From an uncultured Planctomycetaceae bacterium (GTDB lineage Bacteria; Planctomycetota; Planctomycetia; Planctomycetales; Planctomycetaceae): a stretch of 64,000 nucleotides of DNA. Positions 10,107-19,086 of this stretch are shown piece after piece. Position numbers and translations under genes: made by a program. The stretch covers positions 224,001 through 288,000 of the forward strand of contig CAWFGE010000020.1 of NCBI GenBank assembly GCA_963815195.1, in the 5' to 3' direction. The notes below the pieces were generated by a model, which saw only the letters and a program-made list of their open reading frames with translations, searched no databases and was not told the DNA's origin. How positions within the stretch are numbered: the stretch's first letter is position 1; each line of letters starts with the position of its first letter.

Positions 10107-10336
10107 TCCAATTCCGGTCCTCCTTGCCAATCGTCCTCCAAGACAATCCGCTCGTACCACACCGTTTCCGGGTTTTCGCCCGATTGCTTCACGAGTTGGT
10201 GCAACGTTTGCAGATCGGCCGACGCTGCCACAAGGCGCATGCCGTCATCGCTAAATGCGGCCCATTGCCCACCATATCGCCGCAATTCTTCCTCTGAAAA
10301 CCGATCCCGGTTTTCTCGATAGACTTGAAGATCCAC
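10103..10336 (-). CDS. DUF5678-like small protein
   Basis: ELRRYGGQWAAFSDDGMRLVAAS motif; GTG start after AAGGAG; stop overlaps the protease ATG. Confidence 0.6.
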   Translation of the reverse strand: MDLQVYRENRDRFSEEELRRYGGQWAAFSDDGMRLVAASADLQTLHQLVKQSGENPETVWYERIVLEDDWQGGPELE

Positions 10337-10814
10337 AGTTTTCTCCTTCAACAAACGCGATTGCGAAAAGAACAACCTCCTCTTTCAAGCTAGGGCCAGC
10401 GCCGCATCGGGTCAAGGTTTTTCCCCAGGAAGTCGTTTTGGGAACCGGGAAATAAAAAAGGCCGCGGGCGTTTGCCCGCGACCAAGCTGCATGTTCCCGC
10501 CGATTCATTCACCCGTTCTCATGCTTGATCGAGCCGGAACTTGGCGAAGAAGCAACGGCCACAAACGTCCCGCACAAAGGGAAAACGTCCGTGGCCAAAG
10601 GGAATGGCCGGAACATGCAACGATTTTCATTATGGCTTTCGGCCAGCGTGATTTCTAGACAATTCTTGTGAATTTCATTGATTCCGCCCACGCAAGGCCC
10701 CCAAGTACCCATTCCAACAGGCTTTGGCTTGGGGGATTCGTGAATGGGTCAAGCGCTCTCGCAAAAAATCCAAAAAAACGCTTGCGGCGGGAAAGGACCA
10801 ATGGTCTAATTAAC

Positions 10815-10828
10815 TGAACGTACGTTCA
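10815..10828. promoter_or_regulatory. Perfect 14-bp palindrome, putative operator
   Basis: TGAACGTACGTTCA lies between a promoter-like stretch and the GGGGAGG RBS of the sigma-like gene. Confidence 0.45.
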
Positions 10829-10853
10829 ATATCCAGTAGGGGAGGTTAATCAC

Positions 10854-11441
10854 GTGTCGCTAGCACCCACATCCCACAACCTATACCGAGAATTCATGCA
10901 GGCCCTCTCTCAGTCACCAAATGACTCTCGAACAATTTGGCAAACGATCGTTGGACATCCGTGGTATCAACTCGAACTCGAAAAAGCCGCACAGCATTTG
11001 GTTCGTTGTCAAAACCTTCAAATCTTTCCGGAAGACATTCAGCACGAAGCCATCCTGTTCTTGGCACGCACTCTGGAGCGACATCCGGATCTTCAGTTCG
11101 ACTCGCTAAATCCATCCCAAGAGCACTTTAGGCACTTGATGCGAAAAATCATTTTTCGGGATTGCCAGCAGGCTCTTCGCCGACTCAGGCGAGGACTACG
11201 AGAGATGCCCTTGACAGACGCATGTTTGGCAACAGATTTCGATTCCCAGTCAGCGACACCAACGAATTGGGACTGGAATCTGAAAATGCTGCGTCCTCAG
11301 GAACGGTTCGTCGTCGATCAGTATTTACAGGGACGAACGTTTTGCGAAACTGCGGCGTTGCTTGAGGTGAGCCTTCCGACGGTCTAACGGCGATTTCAAC
11401 GGGCGATCACAATCCTTCGGCAGTCTGTCCAAGAATCGTAG
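10854..11441 (+). CDS. Sigma-70/ECF-like factor with an in-frame TAA at 11385-11387
   Basis: EDIQHEA (region 2-like) and LRPQERFVV...GRTFCETAALLEVSLPTV*RRFQRAITILR (region 4 HTH continues through the stop to TAG at 11441). Confidence 0.6.
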
Positions 11442-11639
11442 TTCATCGCTTCTCGACCGACGACCTGCAGGCTGCTGCAGTTGCGGCTCACGGCTACCAA
11501 TCGAACGTTTTCCAACATTCTTCTCTGATTTCAAACAAAAAACCGAGCGGAATTTCTGAAAATAACTCCCATCTCAAAGCATATATATAGAGGGAGGACT
11601 TTAGTGTTCTCAAGAACACTTTAAGCGAAAGGCTTATTC

Positions 11640-12273
11640 ATGCTCGGCGTCATTTTTCGGTTTCACACTACCTTCGAATCACTTGTGAAATTCTCGCTCA
11701 ACTGCCGGCGTCACAGATTGAAGGACTGGCAGATGCCATTTATGCCGCCTGGAGCAAGGAACGCACCGTATTCTTATGCGGCAATGGAGGAAGTGCCGCC
11801 AACGCTTCGCATGTCGGAGAGGATTTGGCGAAGAGCACCCTAGATCAAAACGATCTTGCTAGTGATCGCGCGTAAACGGCTCAAAGTGTTGAGCTTGGCG
11901 GATCAAACGTCCGCCATCCTCGCCTGGGCAAACGACCAAGGCTTCGAGCACGTTTTCGTTCGAGCAACTGAAAGGATTCGCCCGAAAGGGAGATCTCTTG
12001 ATCGGGTTCAGCGGCAGCGGGCGAAGTCCCAACGTCATCAAGGCCGTCGAATGGGCCAACTCGGCGGGACTCGTGACGTGGGCACTCACGGGGCACGATG
12101 GAGGAGCCCTCCGCACATCGGCCCAGCACCTTCTCCGCATTCCTCTAAATGACATGGGCGTCATCGAGTCGATTCATCTGTTGCTGATGCATTGGATCGT
12201 TGACGACGTCTATGCCCGCATCCATCAGCAAGGGCGTTATGCCAGCCCGGAGACAACGGTGCTCTCAGACTAG
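11640..12273 (+). CDS. gmhA: Phosphoheptose isomerase (SIS domain), about 3 frameshifts
   Basis: Stitched frames give VFLCGNGGSAANASH, AWANDQGFEHVF, GDLLIGFSGSGRSPNVIKA, LTGHDGG and IESIH. Confidence 0.8.
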
Positions 12274-12364
12274 CGTCCGATTGGAATAAAGCAATGTTTT
12301 TTCGTGTTGTCGTTCCGACGGGAATGACTGATCCCCTGAGGCGATTTGCGGACTGAGATTTTAT

Positions 12365-15300
12365 ATGCGCCGGCTCATACTACGATCGTTTCAAAGTCCG
12401 GGCGACATTGTGATGCTCACTGCGGCGGTGCGCGATCTGCATCGAGCCTATCCCGGCCGGTTTGAAACCGATGTTCGCACCTCCGCACAGGATCTTTGGG
12501 AAGGGAATCCGCTTATCACCTCTCTGCGGGAAGTGGACCGCGGGGTGGAATGCTTCGACATGCAATATCCGCTGATCCACCAAAGCAATCAACGTCCTCA
12601 TCACTTTCTGCACGGTTTTATTCAATACCTAGAACGGCGGCTAAGTCTCACAATCCCCGTGACGGATTTTCGCGGGGACATATATCTCACCGACGCGGAA
12701 AAACGATGGGGCGATTTGCAAGAACAATTCAATCTTCCCGAGCGCTATTGGATTGTTGTGGCCGGGGGAAAATACGATTTCACGGCCAAATGGTGGAACC
12801 CGGCCTCTTATCAAAGAGTCGTTGACCATTTTCGATGTGCTCTCAATTTCGTGCAGTGCGGAGAAGCGGGACATTGGCATCCCCCGCTAGACGGCGTGCA
12901 AAATCTCGTCGGTCAAACCCGCCTGCGGGATTTACTGCGGCTGGTGTATTTCGCAGAGGGCGTTTTGTGCCCGGTCACGTTGGCCATGCATCTCGCCGCC
13001 GCCGTGGAGCGTCCCCCAAACTGGCCTGCCCTCCGTCCCTGTGTTGTGGTGGCCGGCGGGCGAGAACCGGCTCACTGGGAAGCCTATCCTGGCCATCAAT
13101 TTCTTCACACAGTCGGGACGTTGGACTGCTGCGCCACGGGAGCCTGTTGGCGTTCGCGTTGTCAAACGGTGGGGGACGGCGATGCCAAAGATCGGTGCAA
13201 CACCTGCGAAAAGCCAGTTCGGGTTTCCGAAGACCTCTCGATTCCCCAGTGCATGGAAATGATTTCCTCAACAGACGTGATTGCAGCCATTGAGCGATAC
13301 CAGATCGAGTCACCAACCTCCGCGCCATCTCGGAACCGTGGCATTGCTGTGACGCCTCGAATCCCGATTCCGCCAATGCCATCGCTCTGCAATGCCAATC
13401 ATGCGGAACAGGCTCGCTTCCTCATTGATTGCCGTCAGGCTGAACTGGACCGGCGTGCTCTCGAAGTCGTGTTGCGCCATTTGCACCACTATTACCCCAG
13501 TCACGACGTTGACGTTCTGGTCAACCAAAACGATTCATCAGCAGTGGACTGCCAGGGAGGGCGATTGCTTGTCGCGGGTTCGGACGCGGTGACACATCAA
13601 GGATACCGTCAGGTTTTCCAAATGGATTGGCGTCCCTGTGAATACGAGCCTCCTCAATTTCTGAATACACCCGCGACACGCTGTTTGCTGGAAGATTTTC
13701 ATCTCACACCGATCCCGGATTTGTTGCTTACCTCTTCTGTGCCTTTTAAGGACGCTCCGCCCATGCCATACACGACAATTCAGCCAAGCGACAACAATCC
13801 TTCGGCTGTGGTTACAAAGAAAGCTGGGAGAAACCGCAAAACGACGCCGCTTAGCGTGCGGTTTTATCATGGACTCGGAGATTGTGCATTTTTTTCGCAC
13901 TTGATTCCGCTCTATCTCCGCCGTGGTTACGAAATCCAAGTCGAATGCACGGCCGACAAACGGCTATTATTTGAAGCCGCCGGGGCCAAGGTGATCGGAA
14001 CAGGAGGTCGAGACGACCATCCGTGGGCCTATCCAGGGGAAGACCTGCGTCCCGTGCATGGCCGGTTCTGGCAGGGGAGCAAGCCCGCCCACAATCTCTC
14101 GCAATCTCCGCTTCCATCCATCGGCAGCCAGGGGGAATTGTGGAAAGAGTATTGTGAAGAACGGATCGATATTCGGACCCATCTTGCCGCGAAAGCTTTG
14201 AAAACCGCAGAGCGCTGGCTGTCCGGGCTTCCTCGCCCGGTAGTGCTGCTTCATACGAAAGCCAACACGTCCCAAGCCAGAAAAAGTCTTCCTGACCGGA
14301 CCACGCTGGATTTCTACCGGGCGCTTTTGGACCGAATGGAGGGATCAATCATCCTCTTGGATTGGGACAACCGCGTTCCCCGGGTCAATTCCTGGCGAGT
14401 CCGCCATCTTGACGATCTGGGCGATTGCCCCACCGAAGTTCTGATGGCCCTGATGACACAAGCCGACCTTCTCATTGGCGTCGATAGCGGCCCCTTGCAC
14501 GTGGCACGATTTACCGGGATTCCGACCGTCGGCGTGTGGATGCCCGGGCACTACCCGGCCCGCTACAGCCTTCCCCGCCATGAACAACTCAATGTTGTTT
14601 TGGCAGAACCGACGGCCCAATGGAATCGCTTTAAGCGCATTCCTTGGAACATTGTCGAGCATTCCGGAAATACCTTTGAAGCCAGTCAATTGGCGACTAT
14701 CTGCGCCCGCATGCTCGGAACTGCTTATTACCTCGATTGGAACGACATCGCAGCCGACATTCAACTGCAGCAGTTTGTCGGGCAGTATTGCCGAGGCCGG
14801 ACCGGCCAAGGCCTTTCGGATGATGTTGACCGGCATCGCAGCTTTGATCGGCTGCTCAAGGAAACCACGCGACGCTTTCCCGATCCGACCATTGTGGAAA
14901 CAGGGACAATTCGGGCTGCCGAGGATTGGAACGGGGCTGGTTTTTTCACCTACTTGGCGGGGACCTATCTCTTCCGCCGGGGGGCGGGGCGACTGCACTC
15001 GGTGGACACCAATCCGCAATCCTGTCGGTTCGCAAGAGAGGAAACGGCGGTGTTCGGATCAGTCGTGCAAACCCACCAAAGCGATTCTGTCCGGTTCTTA
15101 AAACAATTCACCGAGCCAATCGACGTGCTGGTTTTGGATTCCTTGGATACCACGGAAGCAGGTCATGCCGAACATGCCCTCCGCGAGATTCAAGCCGCGG
15201 CGAACCGGCTCCACGAACAAAGCCTGGTTGTATTCGACGACACCCCCTGGAGTCGTGGCCGCTGGGTCGGCAAAGGAGCCCTGGCCGTGCCCTGGCTGTT

Positions 15301-15376
15301 GGAACGGGGCTGGAAGCTTCTCTACGCCGGGTATCAGGTGATCCTGGAAATGAACCCCGCGAGCACCGGTTCCTGA
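12365..15376 (+). CDS. Multidomain GT9 (ADP-heptose transferase-like) x2 plus C-terminal class I SAM methyltransferase
   Basis: SPGDIVMLTAAVRDL...MHLAAA (GT9 domain 1); HGLGD...LLIGVDSGPLHVA (GT9 domain 2); IVETGT...LHSVD...IDVLVLDS...LVVFDD (Methyltransf_24-like). Confidence 0.8.
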   Translation: MRRLILRSFQSPGDIVMLTAAVRDLHRAYPGRFETDVRTSAQDLWEGNPLITSLREVDRGVECFDMQYPLIHQSNQRPHHFLHGFIQYLERRLSLTIPVTDFRGDIYLTDAEKRWGDLQEQFNLPERYWIVVAGGKYDFTAKWWNPASYQRVVDHFRCALNFVQCGEAGHWHPPLDGVQNLVGQTRLRDLLRLVYFAEGVLCPVTLAMHLAAAVERPPNWPALRPCVVVAGGREPAHWEAYPGHQFLHTVGTLDCCATGACWRSRCQTVGDGDAKDRCNTCEKPVRVSEDLSIPQCMEMISSTDVIAAIERYQIESPTSAPSRNRGIAVTPRIPIPPMPSLCNANHAEQARFLIDCRQAELDRRALEVVLRHLHHYYPSHDVDVLVNQNDSSAVDCQGGRLLVAGSDAVTHQGYRQVFQMDWRPCEYEPPQFLNTPATRCLLEDFHLTPIPDLLLTSSVPFKDAPPMPYTTIQPSDNNPSAVVTKKAGRNRKTTPLSVRFYHGLGDCAFFSHLIPLYLRRGYEIQVECTADKRLLFEAAGAKVIGTGGRDDHPWAYPGEDLRPVHGRFWQGSKPAHNLSQSPLPSIGSQGELWKEYCEERIDIRTHLAAKALKTAERWLSGLPRPVVLLHTKANTSQARKSLPDRTTLDFYRALLDRMEGSIILLDWDNRVPRVNSWRVRHLDDLGDCPTEVLMALMTQADLLIGVDSGPLHVARFTGIPTVGVWMPGHYPARYSLPRHEQLNVVLAEPTAQWNRFKRIPWNIVEHSGNTFEASQLATICARMLGTAYYLDWNDIAADIQLQQFVGQYCRGRTGQGLSDDVDRHRSFDRLLKETTRRFPDPTIVETGTIRAAEDWNGAGFFTYLAGTYLFRRGAGRLHSVDTNPQSCRFAREETAVFGSVVQTHQSDSVRFLKQFTEPIDVLVLDSLDTTEAGHAEHALREIQAAANRLHEQSLVVFDDTPWSRGRWVGKGALAVPWLLERGWKLLYAGYQVILEMNPASTGS

Positions 15377-15443
15377 TTGCCCGCGTCTCCAACACGTAAC
15401 GTTTTTTTACCGTTTCCGTCCTTTTTGCGCTGAGAGTCCGCGC

Positions 15444-16217
15444 ATGGATACGTCATCACCGATTTTTGTCACGGGGATGCCCCGCTCCGGCACGACCTTG
15501 ATGCAGCATTTGCTGTCGCATCACCCCCGCATCGTGATTCACGGCCAAGAGCCCAAGTCGGTCGCTTGGGGAGAATGGTTGAGAATACTGAACCAGGGGA
15601 TCCTGTTCGCGAAAGAATCCAATGCCCGCCTCACCTATGAATGCCCGCACTACGCAGCGGAAGCGGCACGACCTCAGCACACATCGAACCAGTTTCTGTC
15701 CTTAATGCGCGACTATTTGACCGGAGGATTGGCATCTCCCCGTTGGGGTCTGAAATCTCTCACCCAATGCCGAATTTCCGCTGCACTCCTTCTCAAAGCC
15801 TGGCCGGAAACGCGTTGGATTGTGTGTGTCAGGCATCCCATTCGTTCGTTTGAATCGCTGCGAAACACATTTGATCGAAGCGCGGCGTTTACTCTCCAAG
15901 AACTTGCATACGGTTGGTGCAAGGCGGTGTTGTTTGGAATGTTTCACCCACAAGCCACGCTGTTGCAGTGCGACCAATTGCTGACTGCCCGGGAACGGCA
16001 CCACCGTATGGCTGAACTCTTTCGATTCCTCAATGAAAGTTATCCGCCCGAGGTGCGGCAGTTCGTGGATCAATGGCCCATCATCCACAAAGTCGTCGCT
16101 GACGAAGATCGGCAATTTCGGTTCGGTGACGGGGAACTCGAAGGCCTAGGAACCGATTGCCCTTTGCTCTCCAACCTGGCGGAGAAACTCAACTATCGCT
16201 TGGAGATGATTTCATGA
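15444..16217 (+). CDS. Sulfotransferase family protein
   Basis: PIFVTGMPRSGTTL (5'-PSB loop), WGLKS and VRHPIRSFES (3'-PB). Confidence 0.85.
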   Translation: MDTSSPIFVTGMPRSGTTLMQHLLSHHPRIVIHGQEPKSVAWGEWLRILNQGILFAKESNARLTYECPHYAAEAARPQHTSNQFLSLMRDYLTGGLASPRWGLKSLTQCRISAALLLKAWPETRWIVCVRHPIRSFESLRNTFDRSAAFTLQELAYGWCKAVLFGMFHPQATLLQCDQLLTARERHHRMAELFRFLNESYPPEVRQFVDQWPIIHKVVADEDRQFRFGDGELEGLGTDCPLLSNLAEKLNYRLEMIS

Positions 16218-17722
16218 TCACCTCATCGATTTGGGACCAAATCGGCCATCCGACGCTGTTGGTCTTGGGAGATTTGATCCTGGACCGGTACGTCACCGGC
16301 TCATGCAACCGAATCAGTCAAGAAGCTGCCGTTCCGGTACTTCACACCGTGGAGCAGGAGGTTCGGCTGGGAGGAGCGGTTGCCGTGGCTAATCTCGCTC
16401 GGGGACTTGGCGCCAATGTTCTTCTCGCGGGGATTGTCGGGGAGGATGCCGAAGCGAACCAGATTCGCAAAATCTGGGGGGCGTTCGATCTCCAACCATC
16501 TCTACTGCTCGTCGATCCGACTCGTCCCACAACGGTCAAGCAGCGATTCTTGACGCGAACACCCGATGGCACATTTCAACATCATTTGCGAGTTGATACG
16601 GAGCAAACTCATCAAATCTCGCCCTCTTTGGAAAAGGAATTCCTCGGCCAAGTCAAATCTCAACTCGACCGAATCGGTGCCATCCTGCTGTCCGACTATG
16701 ACAAAGGCGTTCTGACGCCCCATTTGGTCCAGGGAATCATCGAGGCGGCTCAGAATCGAGAGGTTCCAGTCCTGATCGATCCCGCCAGGATGAACTCGTT
16801 TTCCAAGTACCGGGGAGCGACTCTGATCACGCCCAACCGCGTCGAAACCGAGCGAGCAGTCGGCTTTTCGTTATGCGACAGACGGAACATCCTCTCCGCG
16901 GGGCATCTCTTAAGAAAACAGTACCAGCTTGAATCCGTGTTGATCACGCTCGACCGCGATGGATTGGCTCTCGTCACCTCTGATGTGGAAAAAACCATCG
17001 TTCCCACGCGGCCTCGGAAAGTCTGCGACGTGGCCGGGGCGGGGGATATGGTTCTCGCCGTGGCCGGGCTGGGCCTGGCCGCTAAACTGTCGTGGCCGGA
17101 GATTCTGGAGCTAGCAAACACGGCGGCGGGCCTGGAAGTCGAACGCCAAGGCGTAACGCCGATCACCCGCGAAGAGATTTCGATAGCACAGCCATTGCCA
17201 CATTCTGACACTTCCAAACTGGCGTCCCTGGAGCAACTTGAAAAGCTGGTCTGCGAACGCCGCCGGGACGGCCGAACCATCGTACTGACGAACGGCTGCT
17301 TCGATCTCTTTCACATCGGTCATCTTAGAACACTGGAAGAGGCTGCCGCTCAGGGAGACATCCTGATCGTCGCCATCAACAGCAATGAGTCTGTGAAAAA
17401 GCTCAAAGGCCCGATGCGCCCCGTGATCGAAGAGAACCAGCGGGCACAAATCATCGCGGCCCTGGAATGTGTCGATCACGTCCTGGTTTTTGACGAGGAC
17501 ACGCCTCATCGATTACTAGAAGCCATCCGGCCGGATGTGTTGGTGAAGGGCGGTTCGACAAAGGACGTCGTCGGACGTGAGATCGTGGACGCGTATAGGG
17601 GGCGGATGCACATTACATCAGAAGTGCCCAATCTTTGTACGTCACAGTTAATCGCCTTAATTCGCGGTAGCGAATGCGATTCCTCTGCACGAAGCCTCAT
17701 CGCATGCGAGCAACAACTTTAA
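16214..17722 (+). CDS. hldE: Bifunctional heptose-7-phosphate kinase / heptose-1-phosphate adenylyltransferase
   Basis: LVLGDLILDRY...RISQEAAVPV, LSDYDKG and DVAGAGD (PfkB kinase) plus TNGCFDLFHIGH and PDVLVKG; ATGA overlap with the sulfotransferase. Confidence 0.92.
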   Translation: MITSSIWDQIGHPTLLVLGDLILDRYVTGSCNRISQEAAVPVLHTVEQEVRLGGAVAVANLARGLGANVLLAGIVGEDAEANQIRKIWGAFDLQPSLLLVDPTRPTTVKQRFLTRTPDGTFQHHLRVDTEQTHQISPSLEKEFLGQVKSQLDRIGAILLSDYDKGVLTPHLVQGIIEAAQNREVPVLIDPARMNSFSKYRGATLITPNRVETERAVGFSLCDRRNILSAGHLLRKQYQLESVLITLDRDGLALVTSDVEKTIVPTRPRKVCDVAGAGDMVLAVAGLGLAAKLSWPEILELANTAAGLEVERQGVTPITREEISIAQPLPHSDTSKLASLEQLEKLVCERRRDGRTIVLTNGCFDLFHIGHLRTLEEAAAQGDILIVAINSNESVKKLKGPMRPVIEENQRAQIIAALECVDHVLVFDEDTPHRLLEAIRPDVLVKGGSTKDVVGREIVDAYRGRMHITSEVPNLCTSQLIALIRGSECDSSARSLIACEQQL

Positions 17723-17731
17723 GAGAAAACC

Positions 17732-18076
17732 ATGCGCTATACGAATTGCGAATGTGAAGCCCCAGGATGGTGTCCACGGCACCAGTGTCATAAATCCCAG
17801 TTTTTCTTCGACATGTGTCGCTTTAATCAAAACATGTTTGAGCTTTTTGAAACAAATATATTACAGGAGCACGTTTCCACGCCGATCCGTCAAGCCGATA
17901 TTTGTCGACATCGTTGCGATTACCTACGAGATGTCGAATGCCCCACCTGCTTGGGACATGTACTTTTGAAAGTCTTCGAGTGTGCGATCCATAGTGAATG
18001 CACGATTTCAAAACAGATCGATGGAATCGCGCAATGTACGACTTGTACTGACTTTGAAATCGAGACGCCAAACTAG
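17732..18076 (+). CDS. Small Cys-rich hypothetical protein (13 Cys in 114 aa)
   Basis: CxC...WCPRH...CRHRC...CPTC...CAIHSECT...CTTC; starts 9 bp after the hldE stop. Confidence 0.7.
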   Translation: MRYTNCECEAPGWCPRHQCHKSQFFFDMCRFNQNMFELFETNILQEHVSTPIRQADICRHRCDYLRDVECPTCLGHVLLKVFECAIHSECTISKQIDGIAQCTTCTDFEIETPN

Positions 18077-18099
18077 GCCCTTTTTTTAGGAGAAACCCA

Positions 18100-19086
18100 A
18101 TGCCGACTCTCGACTGGTGCCCTTATTCACCTTTCAGCCTTCCTTCTAAACTAAATGTCTATTGCTACGTTCAATTGGATGATTTGCTGTGTATCGGTCA
18201 CACCTACTTCTCAATTGACTGGGACGGGGAAAAATATACACTTCCAGAGGGTCCATACGGTCCCATCCCATACGGTCCGCTCGATGCTTCCGTTAAAAAA
18301 ACAGGCGTCGATAGCTCAGGAATCGCCGAACTCTTGTTCTCGGCGTCCATTAGTAAAGAAGGCCAATGTAATTCCAGCTTTTCCTTGGTTTCGGGGCCGA
18401 GTTGCTTTACACCTCCAGCTATTCTCGAACAACTTGGCGGAGAAGTCGATCCGGGTTGTTGCGGCACCGTCTTTCCCAATGTACCCTTTACCGAAATCCG
18501 TTTCTATAGCGATGGGTGCGCCCTTTCCAAATGGCAATCCTCCAGAACTTCCAGAACCATGTTCCAACGTGCCCCCGGGGCAATGTTGTGACAAACATGG
18601 AGGTGGAAAAGGGGGAGGAAACCACTGTGGTCAGCAAATGTGTGAATTCAGCGGTAACCCGGTTCGTTACGCGAGCGGAGAATTGCTCTATTCCGAAACG
18701 GATCTGATCTCAAGTGGTTACGGAGTTCCTTGGGGACATACGCGCCGTTTTTTGAATCGTCTCTCGGTTCCGGAAACGCTCGGGAACGGTTACAACTGGC
18801 AGATAGAGCAGTGGCCCTACCTGATCATTGACTTCGAGGGGAACGTCACGATCATGGGGCAACATCCCGTGTTCTTCGACAAAATCGGGACCGCTTTTAC
18901 ACCTCGCTTCGCCATTACTCACGACACATTGACCTATGATTCGGCTGCGGAGACCTACACGCACACAGCCAAAGATGGCACGGTCACGGAATTCAATGCC
19001 GTCACGCGAATGTTCACGCGGCGGACCGCACCGGGCGGCTCGGTCATTGAGGTGAAAGCCGTGGCAGCCAATGGATTCAATATCAC
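18100..19086 (+). pseudogene. Rhs/YD-repeat protein 5' part (Cys-rich N-terminus plus DUF6531-like domain), frameshift at ~18515, truncated by IS1380
   Basis: AGGAGA RBS; removing one G in GATGGGTGCG joins ORF 18100 to SGNPVRYASGELLYSETDL...WGHTRRF...LGNGYNW...YTHTAKDGTVTEF. Confidence 0.75.
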
